A stretch of DNA of 64,000 nucleotides, taken from positions 1 to 64,000 of IMG/VR virus record IMGVR_UViG_3300017613_002557. One strand, 5' to 3'. The position numbers were made by a program, and so were the translations under genes. This DNA comes from a virus. Positions 1 to 9,614 of the stretch are shown in pieces (the first letter of the stretch is position 1; each line of letters begins with the position of its first letter). The notes under the pieces were generated by a model. The model was not told the DNA's origin, made no database searches, and worked only from the letters and a program-made list of their open reading frames with translations.

Positions 1-1
1 G

Positions 2-82
2 TCACAGGACGCCAGCAGTATGCTGCTAAAGACTTCTTTAGAAATCCGTGTTCCCGTACGGGTTGACACGCGCTCTGCTTAG
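2..82 (+). CDS. 3' end of a gene entering from the left edge; possibly a family A DNA polymerase C-terminus
   Basis: Frame 2 is open to TAG at 80-82 and reads ...SMLLKTSLEIRVPVRVDTRSA*, resembling the L-x-VP-L-x-VD tail of PolA; only 26 residues are visible. Confidence 0.25.
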   Translation, partial: SQDASSMLLKTSLEIRVPVRVDTRSA

Positions 83-128
83 AACGGAAATTTCGAGGTT
101 TTGGGTTTTGTGAGTTGTGGAGGGGGGG

Positions 129-1121
129 GGTGAACGCACGTGAATTACTCAGATTTCTTTATGGGTAGTGCGGACATTTTGACTTGCAAGTATTTATGAA
201 ATAATGGATTGTAGGATCTCTCATGTACCAAAACAGGTTCCTGAAGATGGATTTTTGACCTCGGTACATGCAAGATTTAGGCAACTGATCGCGGGAAATA
301 TGCTGCTATGCTCAATTGTTGATGTCCTGACTTTTACGACTATACGGGCGTTTTCAGGAGTAGAAAAGTGCTGTTAAATCGCAAAAACTGACGCAGGTGA
401 ACGCACGTCAACCGTGGCGGACATTTCCGATCCTGGGATCCCCCACTATCAGGGGATCTAAAAAATCGAAGGTGAACGCACGTGAATTACTCAAATATGA
501 TGCGAAGAATGCTGTTTTTAGTGAAAAACCTGAAGTTGACTGCTATTAGGCGGTATAGCTGGAAATATGTGCATAGCCATGCACGTAATAAAAACGGTTT
601 AGGTGAACTAACGTGAACCGTGACGGACATTTTCGATCCTGGGATTGACTGCTATTAAGGGATCTAAAAAATCGAAGGTGAACGCACGTGAATTACATGA
701 GAAGTTAGGTGAACTAACGTGAACCGTGACGGACATTTTCGATCCTGGGATCCCCCACTATCAGGGGGTCGAAAAAATCGAAGGTGAACGCACGTGAACA
801 TTGATCTGAGGAGGAAGATGAGGAGGAGGAGGAGACGTGAACTTACATCGACTGTAAAAGGGGATTTTTAAGAGGATATTTGGGTGTTGAAAGATCGTGT
901 AAGCTACTAATCCACAGGAGGTTGCAAGGCAAAATGTCCGCACTCATCAAAGTGCTGAGTAATTCACGTTAGTTCACGGGGTGAACTAACGTGAACCGTA
1001 AACGCACTTTTTACGCGGGCATTTTAGAAGGGGAGAGATCATATAACTACTTACTTTACATGCACATGCAAGGCAAAATGTCCTACCTTGCTACAATCTG
1101 AGTAATTCACGTGCGTTCACC
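129..1121. repeat. Non-coding repeat element with terminal inverted repeats and internal ~95-bp direct repeats
   Basis: GGTGAACGCACGTGAATTACTCAGATT (129-155) is the exact reverse complement of 1095-1121; ~95-bp unit at about 396-492, 602-696 and 708-797; head-to-head copy TTCACGTTAGTTCAC-GGG-GTGAACTAACGTGAA at 963-995. Confidence 0.9.
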
Positions 1122-1156
1122 TGGTTGAAAAAAAATATGCTATACTCATTTTTTTC

Positions 1157-1185
1157 TTGACATCCCTCTGGAAATATGCAATTCT
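1157..1185 (+). promoter_or_regulatory. Sigma70-type promoter (T-tract-CTTGACA family)
   Basis: TTTTTTC-TTGACA-N14-TGC-AATTCT; same architecture recurs before other operons. Confidence 0.6.
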
Positions 1186-1192
1186 TAAAGAC

Positions 1193-1612
1193 ATGAAAAA
1201 AAACCCAGACAAAGCATCGTTCCATCGTGCTACAGATGCAGATATAGACAATGTGATGGCGTTTATGGATACCGTCACTACTGCATGTAACGAGAACAGT
1301 ACCGCCACGCTGAAAAGTTTGGGGATTCTTGTTACCGCAGTGCGCGAATCGTGGGACCGTGTTGTGTTCGGATATGCTGCCATTGCTGACGATATTCTTG
1401 ACAAAAATAAGATAGACTTGGATTATAAACCGTCTGTCAAAAAAGCCATGTCCGCATACAAGTACGCGCTGGAATTGGCGATTTGTCATTATGGAGCGAA
1501 CACACATTACAACCAAAAACTACTTTATGAATGGACACAGTCAAAGAGTAAGCATAACTTTGTGAAGTGGCTTGGACAGCGGATTTTAGAGATTAGCGCA
1601 GATCAGGAATAG
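1193..1612 (+). CDS. hypothetical protein
   Basis: Open frame; the track start at 1157 is the TTG of the -35 box, so ATG 1193 is preferred. Confidence 0.65.
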   Translation: MKKNPDKASFHRATDADIDNVMAFMDTVTTACNENSTATLKSLGILVTAVRESWDRVVFGYAAIADDILDKNKIDLDYKPSVKKAMSAYKYALELAICHYGANTHYNQKLLYEWTQSKSKHNFVKWLGQRILEISADQE

Positions 1613-1710
1613 TCGTCACTGGGGCAGTTTTTCGTGTGATGCAATGTCAGACATCCGTGTCAACTCGATGCGGTCTTGCCGGTTAGAGTCCGGTCACGTG
1701 CATTGTCCCT

Positions 1711-1932
1711 TTGGCGCATTTTGATGTGGGTGTCATACAGATCACAGCTTTGTCAGATGAATATACTCCATTATGTAGTAGTTGTGGCATCCAGGCGTCT
1801 TTTGACATCAGCAAGCAGGACTATGAGGGCGATAAAAAGTATTGGGATAATTGGCAGTGTGGTCTGTGCAGTAATGACTCAGTGATTGCACACAAGATTC
1901 TCATTGCCAAACGTCAAGGGAAACCATTATGA
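1711..1932 (+). CDS. small Cys-rich (zinc-ribbon-like) protein
   Basis: CSSC...CGLC pairs; stop overlaps next start (ATGA). Confidence 0.5.
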   Translation: MAHFDVGVIQITALSDEYTPLCSSCGIQASFDISKQDYEGDKKYWDNWQCGLCSNDSVIAHKILIAKRQGKPL

Positions 1933-2399
1933 AACTTGTTACATTAGCAGTTACGGCACGCCGAGTGCTGATTTGTATGATCATTGCAATTGCCGGATTA
2001 TTTGGGCATCTTGGAACATGCGCCCAGGCAGATGAAATCTTAATGATAGAGGTCATCGTCATGGCGACAGAGGAATCTCGTCTTGTTATGCAGGTGACAT
2101 TTCCAGAAGTGCCACTGATTTTTAGGGATGAAGTGGATTGCCCAGATATGGAAGTCGCAAAAGTACAGGCCAGTACTGAAATTGAAAGTATGCATCTCTG
2201 GGAAGGGATTAGAACGCTTAATAACAGGACAGTGTTGTATACGCAGGATGGCCGAGAATTTGATGATATTTCAGGGAATCTTCGGCTGCCAAAGGATCCG
2301 GTGGCATGGTTTTCACTCACCTTCCTTGAACTCTGTGCCCGGTTGCAAGACGGGATATTCTTGGTGTCAGATGGACAGCACTACACCGAATTTGAGTGA
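1929..2399 (+). CDS. hypothetical protein with hydrophobic N-terminus
   Basis: ATGA coupling to upstream ORF; signal-like segment VLICMIIAIAGLFG. Confidence 0.55.
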   Translation: MKLVTLAVTARRVLICMIIAIAGLFGHLGTCAQADEILMIEVIVMATEESRLVMQVTFPEVPLIFRDEVDCPDMEVAKVQASTEIESMHLWEGIRTLNNRTVLYTQDGREFDDISGNLRLPKDPVAWFSLTFLELCARLQDGIFLVSDGQHYTEFE

Positions 2400-2698
2400 T
2401 GGTGCTCGGCAAGAACAGATTTTGTACGTATCCCAGTTAGCCATAGTTCAAAGTCAACAATCCCTCCACATACCGGGCATCTGTAGATAGATTGATCGCC
2501 ACAATTGTTGAAGATCATCAACTGGTCTTTATGACATTCTTCACATTTCGGCGTTTCTATGGCGAGTGCAATGATCAGCTTACTCGCCATGGCGTGGCTG
2601 ATTTTTGTCTTGTATTTTCCGTATCCAGCCGCCTCAAGCCCGTCATTAAGTAGTTTTGTGGCAATATCCGCTGCATTGTCAATCTCGATAATTGTCAC
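2381..2698 (-). CDS. zinc-ribbon protein
   Basis: CEEC...CPVC; GGGGA RBS before GTG start. Confidence 0.6.
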   Translation of the reverse strand: MTIIEIDNAADIATKLLNDGLEAAGYGKYKTKISHAMASKLIIALAIETPKCEECHKDQLMIFNNCGDQSIYRCPVCGGIVDFELWLTGIRTKSVLAEHHHSNSV

Positions 2699-2744
2699 TG
2701 AGATTCCCCACTATTGAAACGCATTGTCACCCTTCCTTTATAGC

Positions 2745-2987
2745 TCATCTGATTGTGAATACCCAATCAGGTTTTTGAAGATCATCATAGATATGGGCAA
2801 TTATCTCATCTGCTGCTTTTATTAAATCATCAGGGATGCAATTTTCTCTTAATGCATATGTAAAAATTATTACATGCCCTACGAAATCAACCCCATGTCT
2901 AATATCTTCAATGATCCCTCGTGCAGACACTATTCTGACAAGACATTCTTTTCGCTTTTCAGTATTAAAGAATTCTAAGTTATGCAT
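2745..2987 (-). CDS. hypothetical protein
   Basis: 80-aa ORF packed in the minus-strand run. Confidence 0.55.
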   Translation of the reverse strand: MHNLEFFNTEKRKECLVRIVSARGIIEDIRHGVDFVGHVIIFTYALRENCIPDDLIKAADEIIAHIYDDLQKPDWVFTIR

Positions 2988-3005
2988 TGTATGGCATAGT
3001 TGTAA

Positions 3006-3692
3006 TCAATGTAGCCGATCATACACCGATTGAATTGTGTAGAGTCTGGGATTTTTTGAAAACTCCTTATAGGCCGCTCTACTTAGCGTCATCTCAACCC
3101 CAAAATAACGTATTTTAATGTAATTTAGCCCTGCATCTGCAATCTTTTTAAGCAGCCATTCAATCGACAACGGCTTAGTCCCTCTAAGATTAATCATTCC
3201 CGGTAATGGATCGTGCTCCAAAACCGTCAGAACATCATCATCAAATCGGCCAACTATGTCTTTAACAATGATGCTTTTAGTCTGTTTTGCCGTGATCGAT
3301 ATATTACACAGCACCTCAAATCCAGCGGCCTCAAGTATTTTTTTACACGATTTAATATTGCCGCCATTAACCGGATCGCAGTGGCTTGACGCACGTTCCA
3401 CAAGCTCAACTTCTTTTGTGGTCAGACGATCATAATGCAGACCCATCGCTCCATTTTTTCTTTTTTCAATTATGGCGATCCCAACACCTTTTTCCGCATA
3501 GATCAGCACTTTCCTCAAAACAACTCGATCATAGAGATCACAAATGGCTTGCTTAACACGGCGAGTCATTGTGGTTTTCTCATTCAAAAACCGAGAAACT
3601 TGGCTTTGATCGAGGTCAAGAAGTGTTGCAAGCTTTCCCTGTGTCCATCCCGTTTCTTGCTTAATTTGAATCAGTTTTTCTACGGTGCCCAT
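3006..3692 (-). CDS. XRE-family HTH DNA-binding protein
   Basis: LIQIKQETGWTQGKLATLLDLDQSQVSRFLNEK is a Cro/C1 HTH; track start 3764 falls on a TTGACA box, ATG 3692 preferred. Confidence 0.8.
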   Translation of the reverse strand: MGTVEKLIQIKQETGWTQGKLATLLDLDQSQVSRFLNEKTTMTRRVKQAICDLYDRVVLRKVLIYAEKGVGIAIIEKRKNGAMGLHYDRLTTKEVELVERASSHCDPVNGGNIKSCKKILEAAGFEVLCNISITAKQTKSIIVKDIVGRFDDDVLTVLEHDPLPGMINLRGTKPLSIEWLLKKIADAGLNYIKIRYFGVEMTLSRAAYKEFSKNPRLYTIQSVYDRLH

Positions 3693-3788
3693 ATAACTGC
3701 ACGACTCCAAAAGCAGGTTGATTGTTTGGTCAAGGACTATGGCATATATGGGCAGAGATGTCAAGAAAAAAATGCATGTAGCATATTT

Positions 3789-4382
3789 TCACCAGGGGTA
3801 GGGAGCTATTTTGTCAGGCGTGAGTATTGTGTCATCGGATAGACCCATTTCTTTTGAAAAGTGCTGTTTTATAGTGTTATACATATCCTTAAGGTCTTTT
3901 TTTGATTCTGGCTTGTATTGACATCTTGTAGCCCTCCAGGCGTGAGCGTTAAGATCCCAACACAGTATTTTATATGGTTTGTTATCAAGAAATTTTATTC
4001 TGAAATATAACCTGGCTCTATCTTGTGCTGACCATTCCTTCACTGAAAGTGCGATGCCGTTTTCAAGGGTAATTCTTTTTACACATACGTCAAGAAACGT
4101 ATGCATCTCACGTGGTTTATGAAGGTCTCCTTCAGAGTTTGTAATGTGAACCACGTGGGTTTTGTGCTGGTCTAAAAACGCAAGCATTTTTTCAGCCGCC
4201 CACCCGTCATCTTTTGGATAAATCTCTATTGACGAAAGACCGGCATTTCTCATTACTTTGTAGAACACTATGAACTGTTCTAGTTTGTTATAGCCATCAA
4301 CATCAAACCAAAACTCTGAGTTTTCACGACATCCTTTGCAGCGGTATCCCCATATAATCGGCTTGTCATTTTCTTGTGCCAT
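3789..4382 (-). CDS. hypothetical protein
   Basis: 197-aa ORF with N-terminal CxxC, packed behind the structural block. Confidence 0.65.
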   Translation of the reverse strand: MAQENDKPIIWGYRCKGCRENSEFWFDVDGYNKLEQFIVFYKVMRNAGLSSIEIYPKDDGWAAEKMLAFLDQHKTHVVHITNSEGDLHKPREMHTFLDVCVKRITLENGIALSVKEWSAQDRARLYFRIKFLDNKPYKILCWDLNAHAWRATRCQYKPESKKDLKDMYNTIKQHFSKEMGLSDDTILTPDKIAPYPW

Positions 4383-4391
4383 TGTTTTCTT

Positions 4392-5624
4392 TCAATACGA
4401 AAAGTACATGTTTACACGGACGTTCTGAACAGTGCCGCCAGCAACTTGCTGAATAAATGGCTGAAACGATTGTGTCGCTGTGACTTGAAGCATATCTTGC
4501 TCTGCCTGTAACATATCAGAATATTGCGGCACATAAATTGTGTCATCATATTCGAGTGTCGGCTTATCAACATCAGCATCAAACAGGTCTGTTCCGACTT
4601 GATCGTCTGTGTCGTATTGCACAATGTTGATAATTGTTGAACCGCTGGTTCCTAACACCTCGCCTACGATAGAGACACCAATAAGTGTGCAGATAAATCC
4701 AGGACCATTTACACGATCAAGCGGCTCATCTACAATGAGTGTCCCGTCATAGAGAAACGACAAAACAAAAATCGCCGGTTTCTGCTGAATGGCGATGGCC
4801 TGTGTAATCATGGCTTGTGTGATCGGTTGTACAACACTACTAATCACACGCGCCTTTATCGTAAACACACGTAGACCTGCAATTTCCGGTGGATCCGGAA
4901 CGTTGTCAGGTGAGGCTTGTTCAGTGCCTTGTGAAATCACCACATCGAGCGAATATGTTCCTGGTCCTGCACTGTATACAGGAGATAAATAAACGGCAAC
5001 ATTTTTGTATCCATCTGTCAGCGAAAAAGTAATCTCGGTGTCACCAGATGAAAAATCTATTGTTTCACCATCATAGGTTTGTCGGAGCGGGGGAATGTCG
5101 AGTTGAAAGTGTGATTCAGACAAGTACACATTCAAATCATCCCCTACAGTACCGTCAAATCGACCGCCGCTATAGGTGCTGCTCGAAAACGGAGCCAAGT
5201 GAATAAACTCTTCAAGCCGTTGGACATGATCATGTACTTCAGTAAACATCGGCGAGTCCATTGGTGTCGCATAACAGTCAAATGAGACTTTAATAAGTTC
5301 TCCGGCCAGCGAAGAATGAAATTGCACCCGTCCAGAGTTCACATAATGCGTATCTCTGCACTGAAGCGCAAACTGCGTTGCATTCGCCGGAGCCGCATCA
5401 ACGAGTGTGAGCACATCCCAATCCGGATCATTCCATACCCAGGCTTCGACATAACCTTGCGCCGTACTCACATCAACCCATAGGTTTAGCGCGCTGCTTG
5501 ACACTTGTGGCGTCCGCTCAAGCACAAACTCATATGGTGATGATTGCGGCACATAATGCTGCTCCTCATTTGTGTTCCCTGAAGTGGGAAGATCATATAG
5601 TGATTTAATGTCTGTAAATGTCAT
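4392..5624 (-). CDS. putative virion (tail/baseplate-associated) protein
   Basis: Acidic, beta-rich composition; C-terminal ~125 aa resembles the repeated domain of 35062-36825; coupled operon. Confidence 0.55.
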   Translation of the reverse strand: MTFTDIKSLYDLPTSGNTNEEQHYVPQSSPYEFVLERTPQVSSSALNLWVDVSTAQGYVEAWVWNDPDWDVLTLVDAAPANATQFALQCRDTHYVNSGRVQFHSSLAGELIKVSFDCYATPMDSPMFTEVHDHVQRLEEFIHLAPFSSSTYSGGRFDGTVGDDLNVYLSESHFQLDIPPLRQTYDGETIDFSSGDTEITFSLTDGYKNVAVYLSPVYSAGPGTYSLDVVISQGTEQASPDNVPDPPEIAGLRVFTIKARVISSVVQPITQAMITQAIAIQQKPAIFVLSFLYDGTLIVDEPLDRVNGPGFICTLIGVSIVGEVLGTSGSTIINIVQYDTDDQVGTDLFDADVDKPTLEYDDTIYVPQYSDMLQAEQDMLQVTATQSFQPFIQQVAGGTVQNVRVNMYFSY

Positions 5625-6055
5625 GTGTACACACCTTTTCGCGGACTCCCAACATTCAACTCAGTGCTTGACACCAAGCCGACCAATGAGAACACCTCAA
5701 AAACAGGCAACTGGATTGGCAGTACCATACCTTCTGTCATGCCAAGCCGACCAAAAAGAATTCTATCGCCAAGCTTAGAATCGTATATGTGGTATGCGAC
5801 TGTTTTGTACTTAGCATAGCCAACAACAACAGATGGTACGATCACAGTTAATGTGCCAACTTGATCCGTGAGAAAAGCCGAATCAGAACACGGAAAAGCA
5901 TATGGTGTTCCACTCAGGTCAAACGAAGCACTCAGCCCGATAATGTCGATTGTGCAATTTGCATCAATCTGCATTGTGACATTCTCAAAGACAGTTGTAT
6001 CGCCAGTGCCTATCAACAAAAACTTAAACTGTCCGGTATATTGTTGAAGTTTCAC
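5621..6055 (-). CDS. putative virion protein
   Basis: 4-bp overlaps with both neighbours; beta-rich. Confidence 0.5.
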   Translation of the reverse strand: MKLQQYTGQFKFLLIGTGDTTVFENVTMQIDANCTIDIIGLSASFDLSGTPYAFPCSDSAFLTDQVGTLTVIVPSVVVGYAKYKTVAYHIYDSKLGDRILFGRLGMTEGMVLPIQLPVFEVFSLVGLVSSTELNVGSPRKGVYT

Positions 6056-6300
6056 AGAACCGAAAACCCCTTATTTGAATGAATATATGCCCGTTGCCGT
6101 CCTTTAAAATTTAGCATTGTTCGCAAATCACCATCGCTAATGAGCGCCTGTGCAGTTCGGGAAACAGAAAATCGTGTCACCTGCTTATTTATTGTGGAGA
6201 GCTTAGTTGCCCTGATACTTGCAAGAAAACTCCTGTTTATCCTTTTCGCAGACAGCAACTTTGGAACTCTTCGCTGTCGTGCAAGTATGTATCGTTTCAT
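6052..6300 (-). CDS. small basic hypothetical protein
   Basis: R/K-rich 82 aa, translationally coupled. Confidence 0.55.
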   Translation of the reverse strand: MKRYILARQRRVPKLLSAKRINRSFLASIRATKLSTINKQVTRFSVSRTAQALISDGDLRTMLNFKGRQRAYIHSNKGFSVL

Positions 6301-8304
6301 TTATTTCGCCGTTATTGCTATCTCGTAGCCACTGATAGGCGACCATGCAACCACAAACCCAACTGCAGTACGATCTCTGAATGGATAGCCTGGAAATACA
6401 AAATCATCTTTATCAACACTATCATAGGTGATCGGCTCAAATTCGTTCATAAGCTTATGTTCTAGCATAAGCGATATTTCTTCAAAGTCAATTCTGTTCG
6501 CAGTCGGAATTGACACCTGTGTGCTTGTAATTGTCTGCTTTTCTCCGAAATTGCCAGTCTTTTTCTGGACACGTTGTTTCCTGAACGTTGTCGGTGATGC
6601 CGGAATGGTTTCACCAGGGATGCTGTTTCTCGTTTTTTGCACATCGAGTGTTCTGGTCTGTTGGTTGTACTCACCATGCTCCAGCATGGCATCAAACATG
6701 CCTGAACTAAGACGCCGGTATGATGTTTTGTTGTATGAAAAATCAGCAAGCGAATTGCTCACTGTGACATACGTAATAGTCGAAACGTCTTGCAACTGTA
6801 CTGCAATGTTTGACAGTACATCTTGAGGAGGCTGATCGATTGGGAACCACCCCAGATTACGAGTTCTGCTTGTGGTTATTTCGCCGTCAACCACAGATAT
6901 TCTTGCAAAGACTGAAGATCCATATTTCTGGATGTTCTCGCGGTCCTCAATAATAGATCCCTCGATGAGATAACGCGACATTGAGGCGGCTGATGGAGAA
7001 ATATAGGACATCTCATGTACGCTCGTTGCCAAAAGATCGGCATTGTAGAAACACGCGGAGAGAAAAATATCAGGCTTTGTGTCTAGTTCATCGTATTCTG
7101 TTGACGTAATAATGACCAGCGCATCTGTAAGAAAATACGAAACTCCAACTTGCGTGCTGTGATAGCCACTGTAGATCAAGTAGCCATATCCAGACGTTTC
7201 GGTTGTAGATTTTAAAAGTCTCGGAGCTTCATAGTAGAGCGATTGATCATTTTCATATGTATAGGTTGTTGTAGTTTCCTCAAACTGCATCTCTACCGTT
7301 GTTTCCGGATCTTCTCTTTTCGGTACCTCTGCGGTTACGAACTCTTCATATTTTTTGATACAGAACGGATCTCCAAATGGATCGAGTTGGGTTGTTTCAC
7401 GTGACTCGATAACAACCGATAGTCCACCTCTTGTGTCGTTTTCTTGATGCCATTCACCGATCTCTATTTGGTCAGGTGTTTGATAGGTAACACCATCAAG
7501 CCCATAATCTTCAAGAACAGGCCTGCCATCTGCCCCTGTAAAGTGTAGAGAGTCATACGCTGGGCGCATTTTTCGCTGAACTGAAAAGGCCCCTGATTCT
7601 CCTGAAAACTCAGGATACGATTCTGTTTGTTCAGGTGGAATGATAGTGCTGATAATACACGAGTCATCTGAGATAAAGAAGATGTGATCAAGGTTTGGGA
7701 GTAATAAATCTTCGATGAATTTCACATAGGGTGTTCCGGCAACATACACGACCGTTTTTTCAGAAACATGGCAGATCGGCATAGATACGATGTACTCTTT
7801 TCCGGCATAAGTGGAAATAATTTTGATGATTTCCTCGCGGGTAAATCCGTTCGTTGGGAAGTCATCCGATTCCTTAAAATGTGCCTCAATTTTATCAAAA
7901 TCAAGATCACGCTCAACCCTGTTGAATATCCACAACGGCATTGAATAGAAAAAAATATCCTGCCCGAATCCAGGATACACTTGCTCTACCATTGCTTGTG
8001 GCGTAAATTCGATTGTTTTTGAAAACCCGTCTGGAGAGACGGAGACAGATGCACTTGTGACGCTACACGTCCACGTCATATTAAAGATCGTGAACGTTAC
8101 ATCACCTGTGAGTTGATCTTCTATGTCTTTTGAACTATCCCAGGCGTGTTCTAGCGTATACGGGTTGAGTACGCCGCCTACTTGCGTTTCTAGCGGCGGC
8201 ATAACAATGGTGAAAATAGGGCAGAGCTGCCCTATTCCATAAGAGGCTGAAACGGAAGCATAGTTGAATGGGAAATTTGTTGTGATAACGTCATGATCCA
8301 TCAT
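6301..8304 (-). CDS. putative tail/baseplate hub-like structural protein
   Basis: 667 aa, acidic and S/T-rich, within the structural operon; family not identifiable by eye. Confidence 0.45.
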   Translation of the reverse strand: MMDHDVITTNFPFNYASVSASYGIGQLCPIFTIVMPPLETQVGGVLNPYTLEHAWDSSKDIEDQLTGDVTFTIFNMTWTCSVTSASVSVSPDGFSKTIEFTPQAMVEQVYPGFGQDIFFYSMPLWIFNRVERDLDFDKIEAHFKESDDFPTNGFTREEIIKIISTYAGKEYIVSMPICHVSEKTVVYVAGTPYVKFIEDLLLPNLDHIFFISDDSCIISTIIPPEQTESYPEFSGESGAFSVQRKMRPAYDSLHFTGADGRPVLEDYGLDGVTYQTPDQIEIGEWHQENDTRGGLSVVIESRETTQLDPFGDPFCIKKYEEFVTAEVPKREDPETTVEMQFEETTTTYTYENDQSLYYEAPRLLKSTTETSGYGYLIYSGYHSTQVGVSYFLTDALVIITSTEYDELDTKPDIFLSACFYNADLLATSVHEMSYISPSAASMSRYLIEGSIIEDRENIQKYGSSVFARISVVDGEITTSRTRNLGWFPIDQPPQDVLSNIAVQLQDVSTITYVTVSNSLADFSYNKTSYRRLSSGMFDAMLEHGEYNQQTRTLDVQKTRNSIPGETIPASPTTFRKQRVQKKTGNFGEKQTITSTQVSIPTANRIDFEEISLMLEHKLMNEFEPITYDSVDKDDFVFPGYPFRDRTAVGFVVAWSPISGYEIAITAK

Positions 8305-8654
8305 TCATCCTTCACTCGGAGAGCCCAATAAGACATGTCCGGATCGTGATCTTCGTCTAGCAGTGTGTATGTTTTGCCTACAAAGACGATTTTAGAGGAC
8401 AGCGTGATCGTGATTGACGGATCTGTATGAAGCAGCAGCCGAAAAGTTGAGACAAAGCGTGCGCCCGAGTCACTGGTTTCCCGGATCCGGGAACGAGAGC
8501 CCTTTATGCATGGCACATCTGCTGTTGTTGTGAACCCAGGAGATGCACCTAATTTTTCAGCTTCCGTTATTGAGCCAGGGACAACAGGGACCATTACAGT
8601 GCATGACGATTCTCCCTTATGTCTGGCGGCTGCGGCATAAACCTGTGCAATCAT
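8301..8654 (-). CDS. putative head-closure / head-tail adaptor
   Basis: 117 aa; C-terminal pattern FRLLL...KIVFVGKTYTLLDED..DMSYWAL typical of stopper proteins. Confidence 0.45.
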   Translation of the reverse strand: MIAQVYAAAARHKGESSCTVMVPVVPGSITEAEKLGASPGFTTTADVPCIKGSRSRIRETSDSGARFVSTFRLLLHTDPSITITLSSKIVFVGKTYTLLDEDHDPDMSYWALRVKDE

Positions 8655-9043
8655 AAAAACGATACCTCGCCATTATCAACAACTCCCTCACATGCCATTC
8701 TATTGGCTATTCCACACGATGTATTATAAATATCCTGTGTTACGGTGATCGATTTTCCGGTTTTTTCGACGTGTATAACAACCACGCTGGTTTCTTTGGC
8801 ATCTTTTAAAGGGAAATGCTTTGCCACATCAATAACATCACTGACAATGGTAATAATTCCGTGCTCGACCATATGCGCCAACGGCTCAAGAGAACCGTTG
8901 AGTTGCAACAACGTAGCCGAGTCGCTGATGTCAAAGGACTGACACTCAGGAAGCTCCTCGAATTCTTGACAAAATCCGTCTATTCCTTCATCATGCGTAG
9001 TGTTGGCTAATAAATACTCGTGTAAATCTGCCGTTTCTTCCAT
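8651..9043 (-). CDS. hypothetical protein
   Basis: 130-aa ORF coupled to the downstream gene. Confidence 0.6.
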   Translation of the reverse strand: MEETADLHEYLLANTTHDEGIDGFCQEFEELPECQSFDISDSATLLQLNGSLEPLAHMVEHGIITIVSDVIDVAKHFPLKDAKETSVVVIHVEKTGKSITVTQDIYNTSCGIANRMACEGVVDNGEVSFL

Positions 9044-9057
9044 ATAGGGGGTACAAC

Positions 9058-9612
9058 ATGGTCACAAATTCACATTTCAACCTGTGGATGTCTCTCTTTA
9101 AGTTCATCGAGTCTCAGTCATTCGACTTTGATGTCTTTATTCATGATAGCGTGTTGCTTTCTCCTGTATTGCAGCAACGGCTTGTAGGACTTGATCGATA
9201 CGGCTATGTGTATATCCGTATGTTATTTGCAAGTCCGGCGCAGGAAAGTATTGTGACCTTCCATGTCACCCACAAGAACATCAATGATGCTGGCACCCAT
9301 ATCTGGCTTAAAAAGTCAATGGAACAAGTTCATGATGCATTTCGCCTGAACAGAATTCCATTTATCAACGTCTCAGACACGATCAGCGAGTCAGAATGGG
9401 CAACCTTTATGTCGAGTGCAAGCATTGACGATATTGACACACAACTTGGTTTAGTACCATCTGCATTCTATACTCATAACGGCGAAGAAATCGAGTTTTT
9501 CCTGTCCGAGTTTGGCGAACTTGAGCCGGTTGAGTTAGACGGGAGCATAGGCCAAGTTACTCAAATTTCCCTCCAGCACTATGCCCCAGACAACCTTACG
9601 AATCCATCCTAA
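9058..9612 (+). CDS. hypothetical protein, possibly tail-completion-like, on the opposite strand
   Basis: 184-aa ORF exactly fills the gap between minus-strand genes; GGGGG RBS-like run. Confidence 0.6.
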   Translation: MVTNSHFNLWMSLFKFIESQSFDFDVFIHDSVLLSPVLQQRLVGLDRYGYVYIRMLFASPAQESIVTFHVTHKNINDAGTHIWLKKSMEQVHDAFRLNRIPFINVSDTISESEWATFMSSASIDDIDTQLGLVPSAFYTHNGEEIEFFLSEFGELEPVELDGSIGQVTQISLQHYAPDNLTNPS

Positions 9613-9614
9613 TT

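Noticed and set aside
396-797. CRISPR array
   Set aside because: Units are about 95 bp, the sequence between short motifs is itself repeated, orientation is mixed and no cas genes are present
761-943. 60-aa Pro-rich ORF
   Set aside because: Arises from a GAG-rich tract inside the non-coding repeat element
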